A stretch of 64,000 bases of DNA from the human T2T-CHM13v2.0 reference genome, Homo sapiens, in the NCBI RefSeq assembly GCF_009914755.1, contig NC_060947.1; one strand, written 5' to 3'. Positions 1 to 14,852 of the stretch are shown here, piece by piece. Numbering within the stretch: the first letter of the stretch is position 1; each line of letters opens with the position of its first letter. A model generated the notes under the pieces. It was given only the letters and a program-made list of their open reading frames with translations, made no database searches and was not told the origin of the DNA. The position numbers and the translations under genes were made by a program.

Positions 1-305
1 GTTGTAATAAGGCAGAGGGTCTAATTGATCTGATTAATACAAGCCACCCAATTGAGCTGATTAACACAAGCCAGCCGCAGACAGCAAAGCTAAAAGAGCA
101 CACTATAACACACGCTCACTGGTGCTTTGGGAGCTGTGAACACTTAACCTTTAGCACTGCTATGGGGTTGGAGCCCCAGAATGCTCCCCACAACCTGCTC
201 ATCTGCATGCTCCCCCTAGGGATTTGAGCAGTGGGGCACTGAAGAGGCGAACCACACCCCTGTTGCACACCCTGCAAGTGGGATAAGGGAACTTCTCCCA
301 TTTCA
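1..305 (+). mobile_element. 3' part of an ERV1-class LTR (LTR1/MER52-like group), truncated by the window start
   Basis: Resembles recalled LTR1-group 3' end (ctaattgagctgattaacacaagcc...aaaagagcacactgtaaca...gggaacttctcccatttca); ends in CA at 305. Confidence 0.75.
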
Positions 306-1262
306 CTAGTCTCTGGGGTTTCTTTCCAAGTACCGTTGCCAGAGTAAACCAGGGACGCAACAGGGATTTCTAACTCCATTAGTTTTAGCGAACACTGATT
401 CCACCAAAATCAGAGAGAGGCGCAACAACGCAGTAAGTACCTGGAAGTCCTCTCAGGAATATAGGCTCAAGTTGACTCTTTTATACTTAAATTCCCTTTC
501 GTGACATTTTTTTTTTTCTTCAGCATGTACCTCTCCCAAACTCCTTTCCTCAAAGAGGAACTCAATAGAACATGTGTCACTCCAGCCCCAACTATCGTTT
601 ATTTTATTTACATGCAGTTTTCTTATTTTGATGCTATTAACATAAAAAGGAAGATCTAGTGCTAAAACAACGGAGAATGAAATATGGGCTGTGCAGCTTT
701 GACCAAGACCTACAACCTCATGTATTCAGATTCTTATTCTCCTCTTGACCATCAGCATTCTTGTCATTAGAAGAATGCAAGCCGTTCCTCAGCTCTGTTT
801 ACTCTGTATGTTTGTCTTTTTCCCCCGGAGGTCTCTGTGTTGCCTCAAGTTCCAGTTGACCTAAATAATTAGTCCTCAATTTACTAATTTCACTCCTATT
901 TCTATTAACTAATCCAAATGCTTTTCTTTCCTCCTAGTCCATACTTTTCCTTTCTGATCTATTCTTTCCACCTAATATTAAGTCCATGTACTGACTGAAT
1001 GGAAAGAGCTCTGAATTATTAAGTCTTGTACATGTAATTTTAGTTTTTAATAAATGCAATTATAAAATAACAAAAGCAAACAAATATGATGATAATCTAA
1101 GACTAAAAAGTATTTTGAAAGGCAAAAACAAGATTGCTAATTTTTAAGTGGCAGTAATTAATAAAAACATACCTCAGAGACATTGTGAGTTCAGTTCCAG
1201 AAACTTTAATAAAATGAATATGGCAATAAAACAAGGCACACAAATTTTTTGGTTTCCCAATG

Positions 1263-1625
1263 CATATTAGTTAATTTTCATACTGCTATGAAGAAATACC
1301 CAAGACTGGGTAATTTGTAAAGAAAAAAAGGTTTAATGGACTCACAGTTCCACATAACTGAGGAGGCCTCACAATCATGGAGGAGGTGAAGGAGGAGCAA
1401 AGGCCCGTCTTACATGGCAGCAGGCAAGAGAGTGTGTGCAGGGCAACTCTGGTTTTTAAAACCATCAGATCTTGTGAGACTTATTCACTATCATGAGAGC
1501 AGCATAGAGAAAACCCGCCCACATGTTTCAGTTACCTCCCACTGGTTCCCTCCCACTACACATGGGAATTACAGGAGTGACAATTCAAGATGAGATTTGA
1601 GGGGGGACACAACCAAACCATATCA
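1263..1625 (-). mobile_element. Solo THE1C/D (MaLR) LTR inserted in Tigger1
   Basis: tattag...gaagaaatacccaagactgggtaattt...aaaccatcagatcttgtgagac...caaaccatatca; Tigger1 resumes afterwards. Confidence 0.9.
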
Positions 1626-2210
1626 ACATAAAAGTTAGGTTTACACTATACTGTAGTCTATTAAATATGCAATGGAATTTTATCTAAAACAAAACAATGT
1701 ACATACGTTAATTTTAAAAATACTTTATTGATAAAAAATGCTAGCAATCATCTTAGTCTTTAGCCAGTCATAATTTTTTCCTGGTAAAGGATCTTGCCTT
1801 GATGTGGATGGCTACTGTAAGAGTGATAGTTGCTGAAGGTTGGAACGGATGTGGCAGTTTCTTAAAACAAGACAGCAATGAAGTTTGCTTCATCGATTGA
1901 CTCTTCCTTTCACTAAAGATTTTCATTTAGCATGTGATGCTGATTGATAGCGTGTTACCCACTGTTGAACTACTTTCAAATTTGGAGTCAAAAATCTCAA
2001 ACCTTGTCACTGCTTTATCGATTAAGTTTATGAAATATTCTAAGTCCTCGATGGTCATTTCAACAGTGTTTAACCTTCACCAAAAGCAGATTTCATCATT
2101 TCATCTAAAGAAACCACTTTCTTTGCTCATCCACAAAAAGCAACTCTTCATCCATCAAAGTTTTATTGTAGCAATTCAGTCACATCTTCAGACTCTACTT
2201 CTAATTCTAG

Positions 2211-2658
<448 letters not shown>

Positions 2659-4366
2659 TCACAAATGTTCTTAATGCCATGTAGAATGATGAAACCTAGT
2701 CAGAAGGTTTTCAACTTACTTTGTTTAGACCCGTTTATCAGAGGAATCATTCTTTTAGCCTTATAAAATATATTTTTTAAATAATAAGACTCAAACTTCA
2801 AAATTATTCCATTATTCATGGGCTGCAGAATGAATGTTGTATTAGCAGGCATGAAAACAACATGAATCATATTGTAGATCTCCATCAGATCTTCTAGGTA
2901 ACTAAGTGCATTGTCAATCAGCTGTAGTATTTTCAAAGGAATCTCTTTTTTTGAGCAGTAGGTCTCAATAGTGAGCTTAGAATATTTAGTAAACCATAGA
3001 ATATTTAGTAAACCATGCTGTAAATAGATGGGCTATCTTTCAGGCTCTGTTGATCCACTTATAGTGTACTAGCAGAATAGATTTAGCGTAATTCTTTAGG
3101 GACCTAGGATTTTTGAAATGGTAAATGAGCATTGCCTTTAACTTAGTCACCAGCTGTATTAGCCTCTAACAAGGGAGTCAGCCTATTCTTTGAGGTTTTG
3201 AAGCCAGGGATTGACTTCTCTCTAGCTATGAAAGTCTTAGATGATACCTTCTTCTAACAGAACTAGATGTTTCATCTACATTGAAAATCTGTTTTGTAGT
3301 GTAGCCATCTTCATCAATTATCTTAGCTAGATCACCTGGATCACTTACTGGATCTTCTACATAGGCACTGGCCACTTTATTTTGTGCTTTTATGTTATGG
3401 AGATGGCTTCTTTTCTTCAGTCTCAAAAACCAATTTATTCTAGTTTCAAACTTTTCTTCTGCAGCTTCTTCACCTCTATCAGGCTTCGTAGAAGTAAAGA
3501 GAGCTAGGGTCTTGCTCTGGATTAGGCTTTAGTCTGAGGGAATGTTGTAGCTGATTTCATTTTTTATTCAGATCATTAAAACTTTCTTCATATCAGCAAT
3601 AACGCTACCCTTCTTTCTTTCTGGAGAAGCACTTTAAAATTCCTTCAATAACTTTTCCTTTGCATTCACCACTTGGCTGTTTAGTGCAAGAGCCCTAGGT
3701 TTTGGCCAATATCAGCTTTTGACATGCCTTCTTCCCTAAGCTTAATCATTTCTAGCTTTGATTTAAGTGAGAGATACACAACTCTTCCTCTCACTTGAAC
3801 ACTTAGAAACCATTGTAGGGTTATTAACTGGCTTAGATTCAATACTGTTCTGTCTCAGGAAATAGGAAGGCCTAAGGACAGGAACATACATTCGGGGGAC
3901 GACTGAGCAGTGGAGCAGTCAGAACACTCACATTTATTAACTTTGCCATCTTATTTGGGTGCAGTTCTTGGTGCTCCAAAACAATTACAATAGTAACATT
4001 AAAGATCACTGACCACAAATCACCATAGTAGATATAATAATGAAAAAATTGGAAATATTTTGAGAATTAACAACGTGTGTCACAGAGAAACAAAGCGAAG
4101 ACATGCTGTTGGAAAAATGGTGCCAATAGACTTGCTTGATGCAAAGTTGCCACAAACCTTCAATTTGTAAGAAATGCAATATATGCAAAGCACAGTAAAG
4201 CAAAATGCAATAAAATGAGGTATGTCTGTACTTCTTGGAGATGACAAAAAGACAATCAAATGATTTAAAGATTAACAAAAGACAAACAGGAACCTTTTCA
4301 TATTTACCCTGAAATGTTTTTTCCAAATCTATTAAATATTTTCAAACATTAAATATATGTAGATCA

Positions 4367-4655
4367 GGCCAGGCACAGTGGCTCACACCTGTCATCCCAG
4401 CACTTTGGGAGGCTGAGCCAGTCAGATCACTTGAGCCCAGAAGTTTTAGACCAGCCTAGACAACATGGCGAAACTCCGTCTGTACAAAAAATATAAAAGA
4501 ATTAGCCAGGCATGGTGGTGCATGCCTATAGTCCAGCTACTTGGGAGGCTGATGTGAGAGGGTCATATGAACCCAGGGAGGTTGAGGCTGCAGTGAGCCA
4601 TGACCATGTCACTGCACTCCAGATTGGGCAACAAAGTGAGACCTTGTCTCAAAAA
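4367..4655 (+). mobile_element. AluJ
   Basis: J diagnostics gatcacttgagcccag and gttgaggctgcagtgagccatga. Confidence 0.92.
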
Positions 4656-4656
4656 G

Positions 4657-4754
4657 TATATATATATATAAAATATATATATATATAATTTATATAAATA
4701 TATATATTTATATATATATAAATATATATATTTATATATATATAAATATATATA
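4657..4754. repeat. (TA)n-derived AT-only repeat with a 24-bp self-complementary unit
   Basis: Directly visible; unit aatatatatatttatatatatata at 4697-4720 and 4721-4744. Confidence 0.95.
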
Positions 4755-5099
4755 GTCAAAGTAGTAATATTACAAACCAAATACTTAAATTACATGAAAT
4801 AAAATGAGAAGCTAAATTTAAAAAAATAAAGCACAAAATCTCTTGAAAAATGTTATAAGGCCCTTCTAAAATAACTCTTGAAGAAAGAAAATCAAAATGC
4901 CAAATACATGCTATTTGGTACATAATGATAAAATGACTGCATGCTAGCTCATTTGAGCTGCCATTAAATATATATTTAAAGAAAAACTTACAGCTTTAAA
5001 TAATTTTATTATAAATACCAATTTTTTTTCTTAAAACTTTCACTCAGCATTCTATTCACAAAGCTAAAAATAAAATCAATACTAAAGAATCTAGAAATA

Positions 5100-5411
5100 G
5101 GCCAGGTGGCTCGCGCAGTGGCTCACGCCTGTAATCCCAGCACTTTGGGAGGCTGAGGTGGGTGGATCACAAGGTCAGGAGTTCAAGACCAGCCTGGTCA
5201 AGATGGTGAAACCACGTCTCTACTAAAAATACAAAAAAAAAAAAAAAAAAAGGTAGCCGGGCATGGTGGTGGGCACCTGTAATCCCAGCTACTCGGGAGG
5301 CTGAGGCAGAGAATTGCTTGAACCTGGGAGGCGGAGGTTGCAGTGAGCAGAGATTGCACCACTGCACTCCAGCCTGGGGGACAGAGCGAGACTCCATCTC
5401 AAAAAAAAAAA
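5100..5411 (+). mobile_element. AluS (AluSg-like)
   Basis: Alu dimer with expanded middle A-tract; TSD core tctagaaata on both sides. Confidence 0.93.
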
Positions 5412-5873
5412 TGACTCTAGAAATAAAAATTACACAGTTTAACACAAAAACAAAATCAAAGGCAGGAGGAAGGAGCCAATAATGATAAAAGTAAAGAACA
5501 GCAATTGGGATACAGAGATGAGCAGCAGAAAGTACAAAATCCAAGAACTGGTTATTTCAAAATACTAATAAAATGGACAAATATCTGCCAAGTTTAATCC
5601 ATTCAGGATCAGCAATAACGTGGTTGGAGGACAGGCTATAGCCACTGTACCACATTATTTTGTAAAAATAGTAGTTAAATATAATGTTAAATGGTACAAA
5701 TTTCTTAAGGAAATAGATAAAGTTTATTTAAAAATTATTACAACTGGCTCAAGAAGTAGAAAATTTGTAATAAATGTGGAGGAGTTGAAAAAGTTATCAA
5801 AACCATCTCAATAAAAGCACCAGATCCCTGTTGTTTTACAATTTGTTTAAATCTTTAATAAATGTGTAATTTC

Positions 5874-6180
<307 letters not shown>

Positions 6181-6516
6181 GTAATTTCTATGCTGTTAAA
6201 TTTTTCTAAAGCATATGAATAGATGTATGTTTTCTCTTCAAATTTGAGTAATTTATATTGTATAATGAATTAAAAGTCCTGGCTCTTGCATCAGGCATGG
6301 TTTTCAATAACCACTCCATAATTTATCAGTTTTGACCTCTTTCTTGTTTGTCTTTAACATGTTCCCTATATTGGCTCTTTACCTTTAATATATAAATACG
6401 CTTCCATCTCTGCCATCTGAAAATCCTTTCCTACATTGATCCTAAATTTTCCTCAAGTTACTGTATGTACCTTCTTGCTTCCTTTCCCTCCCGGCCCAAT
6501 TTTTATCTGCCTAGAT

Positions 6517-6845
6517 CACCACTGTCCAATAGAATTGTAATGTGAGCCACTGTGTGAGCCACATAGGTACTTTAAAAATTTCTAGTAGCCACATTTTAAA
6601 AGTATGAAAAGAACAGATACAATTAAGGTCAAGATTAATAACATATTTTAGTACAGTGTAGCAAAAATATTATAATTTGAATAAGTTATCAATATAAAAA
6701 TTACAAGGAAAATATTACATATTATTTTTTTACTAAGTTTTCAAAATACACCGTGTCTTTTACAGCTCAATTAATATACAATTGCCACATTTTAAGTAGT
6801 CAGTAGCCATGTATGTCTAGTCACTATCATACTCAATAGCATAGT
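6517..6845 (+). mobile_element. MER33 (hAT-Charlie non-autonomous element)
   Basis: tgtccaatagaa...gagccaca...tttctagtagccacatt...gccacattttaagt...tagccatg matches recalled MER33. Confidence 0.8.
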
Positions 6846-7170
6846 CCAAGGACATTACATAGTAACTATTTGGGATGGAAAACATTGATCATTTACATGC
6901 TAAATTCAATGAGTATTTTTAACTCTTACTAACTTGAACTTTCTAGAACAGTTAACTCAATTGACTGCTTCTATCTTAGAACTTGTGTTTTAAAATACCA
7001 TTCTTTTTTGGTTTCCCTCCTATCTTTCTACGGCTTCTTAGTGTCTTTTCCCTTTTCCCAAACTTTACATTTTAGTTTTCCTTGGGGCTGTCTTTATCCA
7101 GAGGTCTAACACTGGTGGACCTCAGGCTGAAACCTGCTGAGGACTTCTCAAATCTACCTCTGTGCTTTAA

Positions 7171-7780
<610 letters not shown>

Positions 7781-8004
7781 CTAAATAGCCTCACTTCTCT
7801 TCACTCCCTTCATATAATGTATTTATTTTAGCATCTATTGCATTGCAGCTATTTTTCTACTTGTGTGTCTTTTGTAGTAGAAGATAATTGCCTTGAGAAC
7901 AAGCATTTAGCTTAGTCATTTTAGGATTAGTCATGTTCATATCTTCATATCACAGTTTCTTGCATATATTATGGGCTCAAAATTGCTTATTTAATAAAAA
8001 ATGG

Positions 8005-8115
8005 AACTTAAGCAAATAACTTGCCCTCTCTGAGCTCCAGTACCTTTAATTGTAAAATAAATACATTAGTAACAGCTTCTTTAACCACAAGAGGTTGTTG
8101 TGAATAATAAATCAG
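8005..8115 (+). mobile_element. MIR fragment
   Basis: Core-like ctctctgagctccagt...tgtaaaat...gttgttgtga. Confidence 0.55.
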
Positions 8116-8870
8116 ACCAAATCCTAGCTCCTTGTTTCCCAAGGAAAACTACCTTAACAACATTAAGTAAACAAATCAAATCAATGTCAATAAAGATGTC
8201 AAAATACTTTTGTATTATTTAGTTTCCATAAGTATGCGCACATTCCAAGTCCCCTCAGTGACACCTGGTTATTACATCCAAATGCAACTCTGTTTAAATT
8301 CTGGAGTTACTTATTTCCACCCCTACATCCATCACCCACAAATCTTAAATTTCTGGACTGGAAATAAGTGTTTTGACTCATTAAATTCTTTCATCATTAA
8401 AGTGCCTGGTGATGAAAAGCAATCATGACCAATAACCTTGGGTTGAGTTCCTTTCCATAGCTGTTCTGCTAAGTCCTTTTCCGACTTAAAAAAGCCATCT
8501 TCCGTCTCAGTGTTTTCAGAAATTTCAGAAAGAATTGTGTCATATTTTTATCATCAGCTCTCCCTTGAACATTCAGAAAATGAGTAGTAAAAATTTCCCT
8601 CTGATTTTCTAGCACCTCAATTGTACTTTGAAATGCTCAGTTATCTCTTGCAAATCTGTTTTGCACATTAATGACTTGCTTTATATTCTCCTTCTGAATC
8701 TAGAAATTGGCATCATTTTTTCCTGAAGTTGTAACTTTACTTCATCCATATTTTGCAGTGGAATAATATCTATTTCATTCATCTATTCATCTTCCCTTGA
8801 CGAGTTTGTACTGTATAGCTTCCCAGCTAGGAAGAAAGATAATGATCAGATAATGATCAGACTGAGCAGA

Positions 8871-10857
8871 TTTTTTTTCCAACTTTTAAGTTCAGGAATA
8901 CATGTGCAGGATGTGCAGGTTTGTTACATAGGTAAACGTGTGCCAATGTGGTTTACTGCACAGATTATCCCACCACCCAGGTATTAAGCCCAGCATCCAT
9001 TAGCTGTTCTTCCTGATGCTCTCCCTCCTGCCAACCCACACCTTCCGACCCGCCACATGTGTTACTCCCTCATGTGTGCATGTGTTCTGATCATTCAGCT
9101 TCCACTTATAAGTGAGAACACACAGTACTTGGTTTTCTGCTCCTGTGTTAGTTTGCTAGGGATAATGGTCTCCAGCTCCATCCATGTCCCTGTAAAAAAC
9201 ATGGTCTTGTTCCTTTTTATGGCTGCATAGTATTCCATGTGTACCACATTTTCTTTATCCAGTCTATCATTGATGAGCATTTGGGTTGATTCCATGCCTT
9301 TGCTATTGTAAATAGTACTACAGTCAACATACACATGTATCTTTATAACAGAGTAATTTATATTCCTTTGGGTATATACCCAGAAATGGGATTGCTGGGT
9401 TGAATAGTATTTCTGCCTTTAAGTCTTTGAGGAATTGCCACACCATCTTCCACAATGGTTGAACTAATTTACACTCCCACCAACAGTGTATAAGTATTCC
9501 TTTTCCTCCACCACCTCGCCAGCATCTCTTGTCTCTTGACTTTTTAATAATAGCCATTCTGACTGGTGTGAGATGGTATCTCATTGTGGTTTTGATTTGC
9601 ATTTTTCTAATGATCAGTTATGTTGAGATTGTTTACATATGCTTGTTGGCCGCATGTATGTCTTCTCTTGAGAAATGTCTGTTCATGTCCTTTGCCCACA
9701 TTTAATGGGGTTTGGGTTTTTTTTTTTTGTAAATTTGTTTAAGTTCCTTATAGATGTTGGATATTAGACCTTTGTCAGATGCATAGATTGCAAACATTTT
9801 CCCCCATTCTGTAGGTTGTCTGTTTACTCTGTTGATAGTTTCCTTTGCTGTGCAGAAGAAGCTCTTTAGTTTAATATAGTTTCCTTTGCTGTGCAGAAGA
9901 AGCTCTTTAGTTAAATTAGATCTCATTTTTCGATTTTTGCTTTTGTCAAAATTACTTTTGCTGTCTTTGTAATGAAATCTTTGCCCATTCCTATGTCCTG
10001 AATGGTACTGCCGAGGCTTTCTTCTAGGGATTTTATAGTTTGGGATTTTACATTTAAGTCTTTAATCCATCTTGAGTTAATTTTTGTATGTGGTGTAAGG
10101 AAGCAGTCCAGCTTCAATTTTCTGCATATGGTTAACCAATTCCCCCAGCACCATTTATTAAATGGAAAATCCTTTCCCCATTGCTTGTTTTTGTCAGGTT
10201 TGTAGAAGATCAGGTGGTTGTAGGTGTGTGGTCTTACTTCTGGGTTCTCTATTCTGTTCCATTGGTCTGTGTGTCTGTTCTTGTACCAGTACCATGCAGT
10301 TTTGATTACTGTAGCCCTATAGTACTATAATTTGAAATTAAGTAGCGTAATGCCTCCAGCTTTGTTCTTTTTGCTTAGGATTTCCTTGGCTATTTGGGCT
10401 CTTTTTTTGGTTCCATGTGAATTTTAAAATAGTTTTTTTTCTTCAAATTGTGTGAAGAATGTCAATAGTAGTTTAATGGGAATAGCATTGAATCTATAAA
10501 TTACTTTGGGCAGTATGGCCATTTTCATATATTGATTCTTCCTATTCGTGAACATGGAATGTTTTTCCATTTGTGTCATCTCTGATTTCTTTGGGCAGTG
10601 GTTTGTAGTTCTCCTTGAAGAGGTCTTTCACTTCCCTTGTAAGCTGTATTCCTAGGTATTTTATTCTTTTTGCGGTAATCGTGAATGGGAGTTCATTCGT
10701 GATTTGGCTGTCAGCTTGCCTGTTGTTGGTATATAGAAATGCTAGTGACTTTTGCACATTGATTTTGTATCCTGAGATTTTGCTGAAGTTGTTTGTCAGC
10801 TTAAGAAGCTTTTGGGCTGAGACGATGGGGTTTTCTAGATATGGGATCATGTCATCT
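8871..10857 (-). mobile_element. 5'-truncated L1PA (approx. L1PA10-13), 3' ORF2 plus 3'UTR
   Basis: Minus ORFs 9095-10850 are ORF2 C-terminal fragments ([24 protein letters not shown]); L1PA 3'UTR; degenerate TSD tgagcagat/tgggcagat. Confidence 0.95.
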
Positions 10858-11429
10858 TGGGCAGATATCTTGATCTCTAGAATGGGTCACTCATGCTCGT
10901 CACCAGCATTACTAAAGCTTACCTGACACATCTTTTGTCCAGTGGCAATCTTGATACACATTCACATTTTTTTTCCTTTTTGAAGAGAGACTGTTAAGTA
11001 CACAGAAAAAGCTCCTTTTTCTTAAAATCTCTAATTCTTGTTTGATAATAGTAGCAAAAATATGCCATACTTCACTGACACGGCAACCGGGCTGACTGGC
11101 AATCTAGGAGAAGAACGAGCAGATGAAAAGATAGAAAAAATAAAGTCAGAAATCAAGTCACGTGATAGGATGTGACCTATTCTTTGGTTTTTACAGTCTA
11201 GACTTCAGTTATCTAGTCAGAGAGAAAAAGGCAAAGGCTTATTTTCATTTTTCATTAAAAATTATCTGGAAGTTTATTAAAATTTTACAAATATTCAACA
11301 CATTCACTTCAGTGAGAAAGAAAAGAAACAAAACTTAGAAGTTGAATCTTTATCCCCAAGTTCTGAGTAGTACTTGGTAAGGTTGGTTCTAAACTTTTTT
11401 TTCTTTTACAGTTATGCAAAGTCATGGTC

Positions 11430-11560
11430 AATTTTCAGCTCTGTAATTTATTAGCTATATGGGCATGGCCAGTTACTTCACTCCATAAACCTCAGTTTCC
11501 CCTTATGTGAAATAGAGAAAGCAAGCCTACCTTTAAAATTGTTTTGAGGATAAAATGGAT
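11430..11560 (+). mobile_element. MIR
   Basis: cagttacttcact...cctcagtttccccttatgtgaaat...gttttgaggataaaatg. Confidence 0.7.
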
Positions 11561-12095
11561 GTCATTATACTTTCTAACCTGGGGAGCTATAAAGGTTTTA
11601 TTAGTAATAGCAGGTCCTCATAAACAAAGTGGCCATTGAATAAGAAACTGACAGATGGGCCAAGTGGGCAAGGGCCAAGGTGAGGGGAAAACATCCAGGG
11701 ACCATTCACACAATGCCAACTATTTGCCAGGCACTCTGCCATGCACTTTCCCGTGTGTGTTACTTTGTTACTTTCTCAAAGATGATGAGTGAAGGACTAG
11801 AGGTAGGAATTTACAAAGTGTCACTGAGTGAAGAAGATTAAAAGAATGAGGCAAGGAAGATAGGTTGGAGCCAACCAGCTGTGTTCACAAATACCAAACT
11901 CAGCTTTTAGTGAGAATTGCTGTTGATGAAGGTAAATTTTCTTGCCAAGTGATGAGAAGAGGCAAAGGAAACAGTAGTATATATAGAATGCTCTTGCATT
12001 AGCATGGGGTTAAAGGAACCTGGAAATTCTTAAGAAAAAAAAAAAGACAGAACCTTGAATGTAAGATGAAATTAGTTTTAATTAGAAATAAAACC

Positions 12096-12113
12096 GTGTG
12101 TGTGTGTGTGTGT
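12096..12113. repeat. (GT)n microsatellite
   Basis: Directly visible. Confidence 0.9.
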
Positions 12114-14139
12114 CGCATGGATTGCTTCTTAAAATTCATGTGGAAAAGTCATCATGTGTAGTTTACTTAGACTAGCGCAGTTGGGCCTGACTACAAACTT
12201 CGCATCTATGCCAAGAGGATCCAGGCTGCACACCTAACCCAGCATTTTCCATTGCTCCTCATCTCTTTATGTCTGGTCCCCTGGTCTTGTTACATCAGTG
12301 ATGAAAAAATGGTTGTTCCTAAAAGGGACAATCTCTGAATAGCATTTAAGGAAGGAAATGAGGTCTCTAAGTCTTCATAGCCAATATTTATTCATTTTTC
12401 AATGCTCCCACATAAAGCTGTGTTTATGGAGTGAAGAGTCATCACCTTTGCAGGTAGGCCATATTTGAAAAGTTCATCTGGAAATCCAAAGTCTTTGTAC
12501 AGTCCTCAAATAAGCTTCTTGACAGGCTATGGGGACGCAACAGAGCAAGGAGTCATACCTCAGTGGCAGACTTGGCCTAGCATGATTGAGCGTCTTTTAG
12601 ATACAGTCAAATAGCAGAAGCACAGCATTCCAATCAGCAAGATGATCAGCTGTCACATAGCTGCTTCCTCACACTGCCTCCAAAAATGTACCTAATAGAT
12701 GGCTGGTTACACTATAGAGACTGGCACACCTGCCTCCATGAGCCACATATAGAAACACGTGCCACTGAATATGCAGAACCTCTAAAAGCCAGCTCCAGAG
12801 CCTAGTAGTTGTTTGTTTCATGTTAACTTGAAAGGGAGTTTCCAAGAATGAAATCCTGCATCCCATTAGTGCAAAGATGCTCCCTGGTGCTTCTCTTTAT
12901 TAGCTTTGCATCCAAGACCCTCAGCCAGATGTAGAGATGTTGGCACCAATGGTAGATAAATGTTCATGTACAAAGCAATGTACTATTGGCAGCCCAGATA
13001 CCTCTCTGGAACCTGCTTTACCTTGACCATGGCAAAGTGAAATTGATTACTTGCTTTTACATTATGAAGCTTTTTTACATGTTTGCCACAGTTTTTCAAA
13101 AAGGTGGCAGTTGGTCTTTGCTTTACTGAAAGAACTGGAAAGTCTTTGAGTGGGAAACATCAGCCTTTATATTTTGGTACGTTGAAACTGGGAAATTATT
13201 TTCCCCAAATTCTCTGTCCTGCCATTCAAGGCGTTGGCAAGGGTAGGCCTGAGGCAGAGAAGGAATATGGGAAAAACTCCTCCAAATATCCCCTGCAACG
13301 ATGAATGTAGGCCTTCACTTTGAAGGTTTAACATTGCCAGCTAAAGTCCTAGCCCAAGGAAATAAAAGTTCATGTTGATTTTTCAGATCATAAAACCAGC
13401 TAGAAAAGCAAATTTAACAAAACATGCAGCATTGTCCATATAAGAACACAAGTAACCATAGTGTCATGCTTTTTTTTCCCCCATTAAGGGGAATAAGAGA
13501 GCTATTTAGATGCTTAAATGAAGTGATAAAATGGATGAGTGAAGAAAAACATAAGACACATTGTAAAAATACACAATCTTCTCAAATCAATTTTAAGGTA
13601 CTACATATAACTGCTTTCCTCTCTGCATCACCCACTAATGATAATACATGAAAATCAGGCCTCTCATACCTCTATATCACTGGATGTGCCCCTCCAAGGT
13701 AAACATGAACTATCTTCCTAGAATATTACATTAACTTAAAGGTGTGAAGTGGAAAGACATTTTATATGGAATAAAAATGAATATATTGTAGGGTAAATTT
13801 TTTAAATCATGTATTTTTTAAGATAATGAGAAGTCTTCAAAAATTTCAGGGCTTGCATCTGCTGCTTCATGCCGTACCTAACTCCGTCAGGAGTATACGT
13901 TCACATTCCTCTGCCATTGGAAACTTTTACTTGGAAGAATTTTCAAATCGCTGCGATGAATCTAATTCCCTAGCTCCAAGAATTTTTCTGGGTTTTTAAG
14001 CCATAAAATTTTACAGTGTTTCAACTTATATCAGAATACTTTTGTAAAAAAGCTTTCTCTAAAATGTGATTCAAAAAACTAAAGAATTTGGAGGCTAGAA
14101 GCAAAACCCACTGTAGGCAGGGAGGGCAGTTATTTAGTC

Positions 14140-14245
14140 ATTATCTTAATTTTACAGATGATAAAGCAGGCTCAGAGATAGAAAATGGCTTGCCCAAGAG
14201 CACAAAGCTAGGAAGCATAAGAACTATGACTCAAACCTAGATTAT
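14140..14245 (-). mobile_element. MIR fragment
   Basis: attttacagatgataaagcaggctcagaga...cttgcccaag. Confidence 0.7.
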
Positions 14246-14491
14246 TTCAGGAAAAGTTTTGCCCCACAGCACGCTAAGTTTCAGGAAATGGCACATGCCA
14301 AATGTGCTGTCTCATGGCAAGATCACAGCTAGTTAGGAACCTTTCAAATACCTCACTTTCATCTTCAAATGATACGTCATGATACTGTTTATGAGAATAC
14401 ACTGACCTGACAGTCACAGAGTATGTCTCTGAGAGAAAAATTTCCTCAAGGTTTCACGTTTTTGTTGGAGAGTCAATAGAAAGGTAGGATA

Positions 14492-14852
14492 AGCCATGGA
14501 ATACTATGCAGCCGTAAAAAGGGATGAGTTCATGTCCTTTGCAGGGACATGGATGAAGCTAGAAACCATCATTCTCAGCAAACTAACGCAAGAACAGAAA
14601 ACCAAACACTGCATGTTCTCACTCATAAGTGGGAGCTGAACAATGAGAACACATGGACACAGGGAGGGGAACATCACACACTGGGGCCTGTCGGGGGGTG
14701 GGGGGCAAGGGGAGGGATAGCATTAGGAGAAATACCTAATGTAGATGATGGGTGCAGCAAACCACCATGGCACGTGTATCCCTATGTAACAAACCTGCAC
14801 CTTCTGCACATGTATCCCAGAACTTAAAGTACAATAAAAAAAAAGAAAAAAA
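14492..14852 (+). mobile_element. Short 5'-truncated L1PA (approx. L1PA7/8) 3' end
   Basis: ccatggaatactatgcagcc...G-rich 3'UTR...aacttaaagtacaataaaaa; TSD agaaaggtaggata/agaaagataggata. Confidence 0.93.

Noticed and set aside
14683-14716. G-quadruplex-like runs (also ~47587-47611, ~50035-50053, ~59612-59636)
   Set aside because: Ordinary L1 3'UTR G-tracts, or a local G expansion in an Alu
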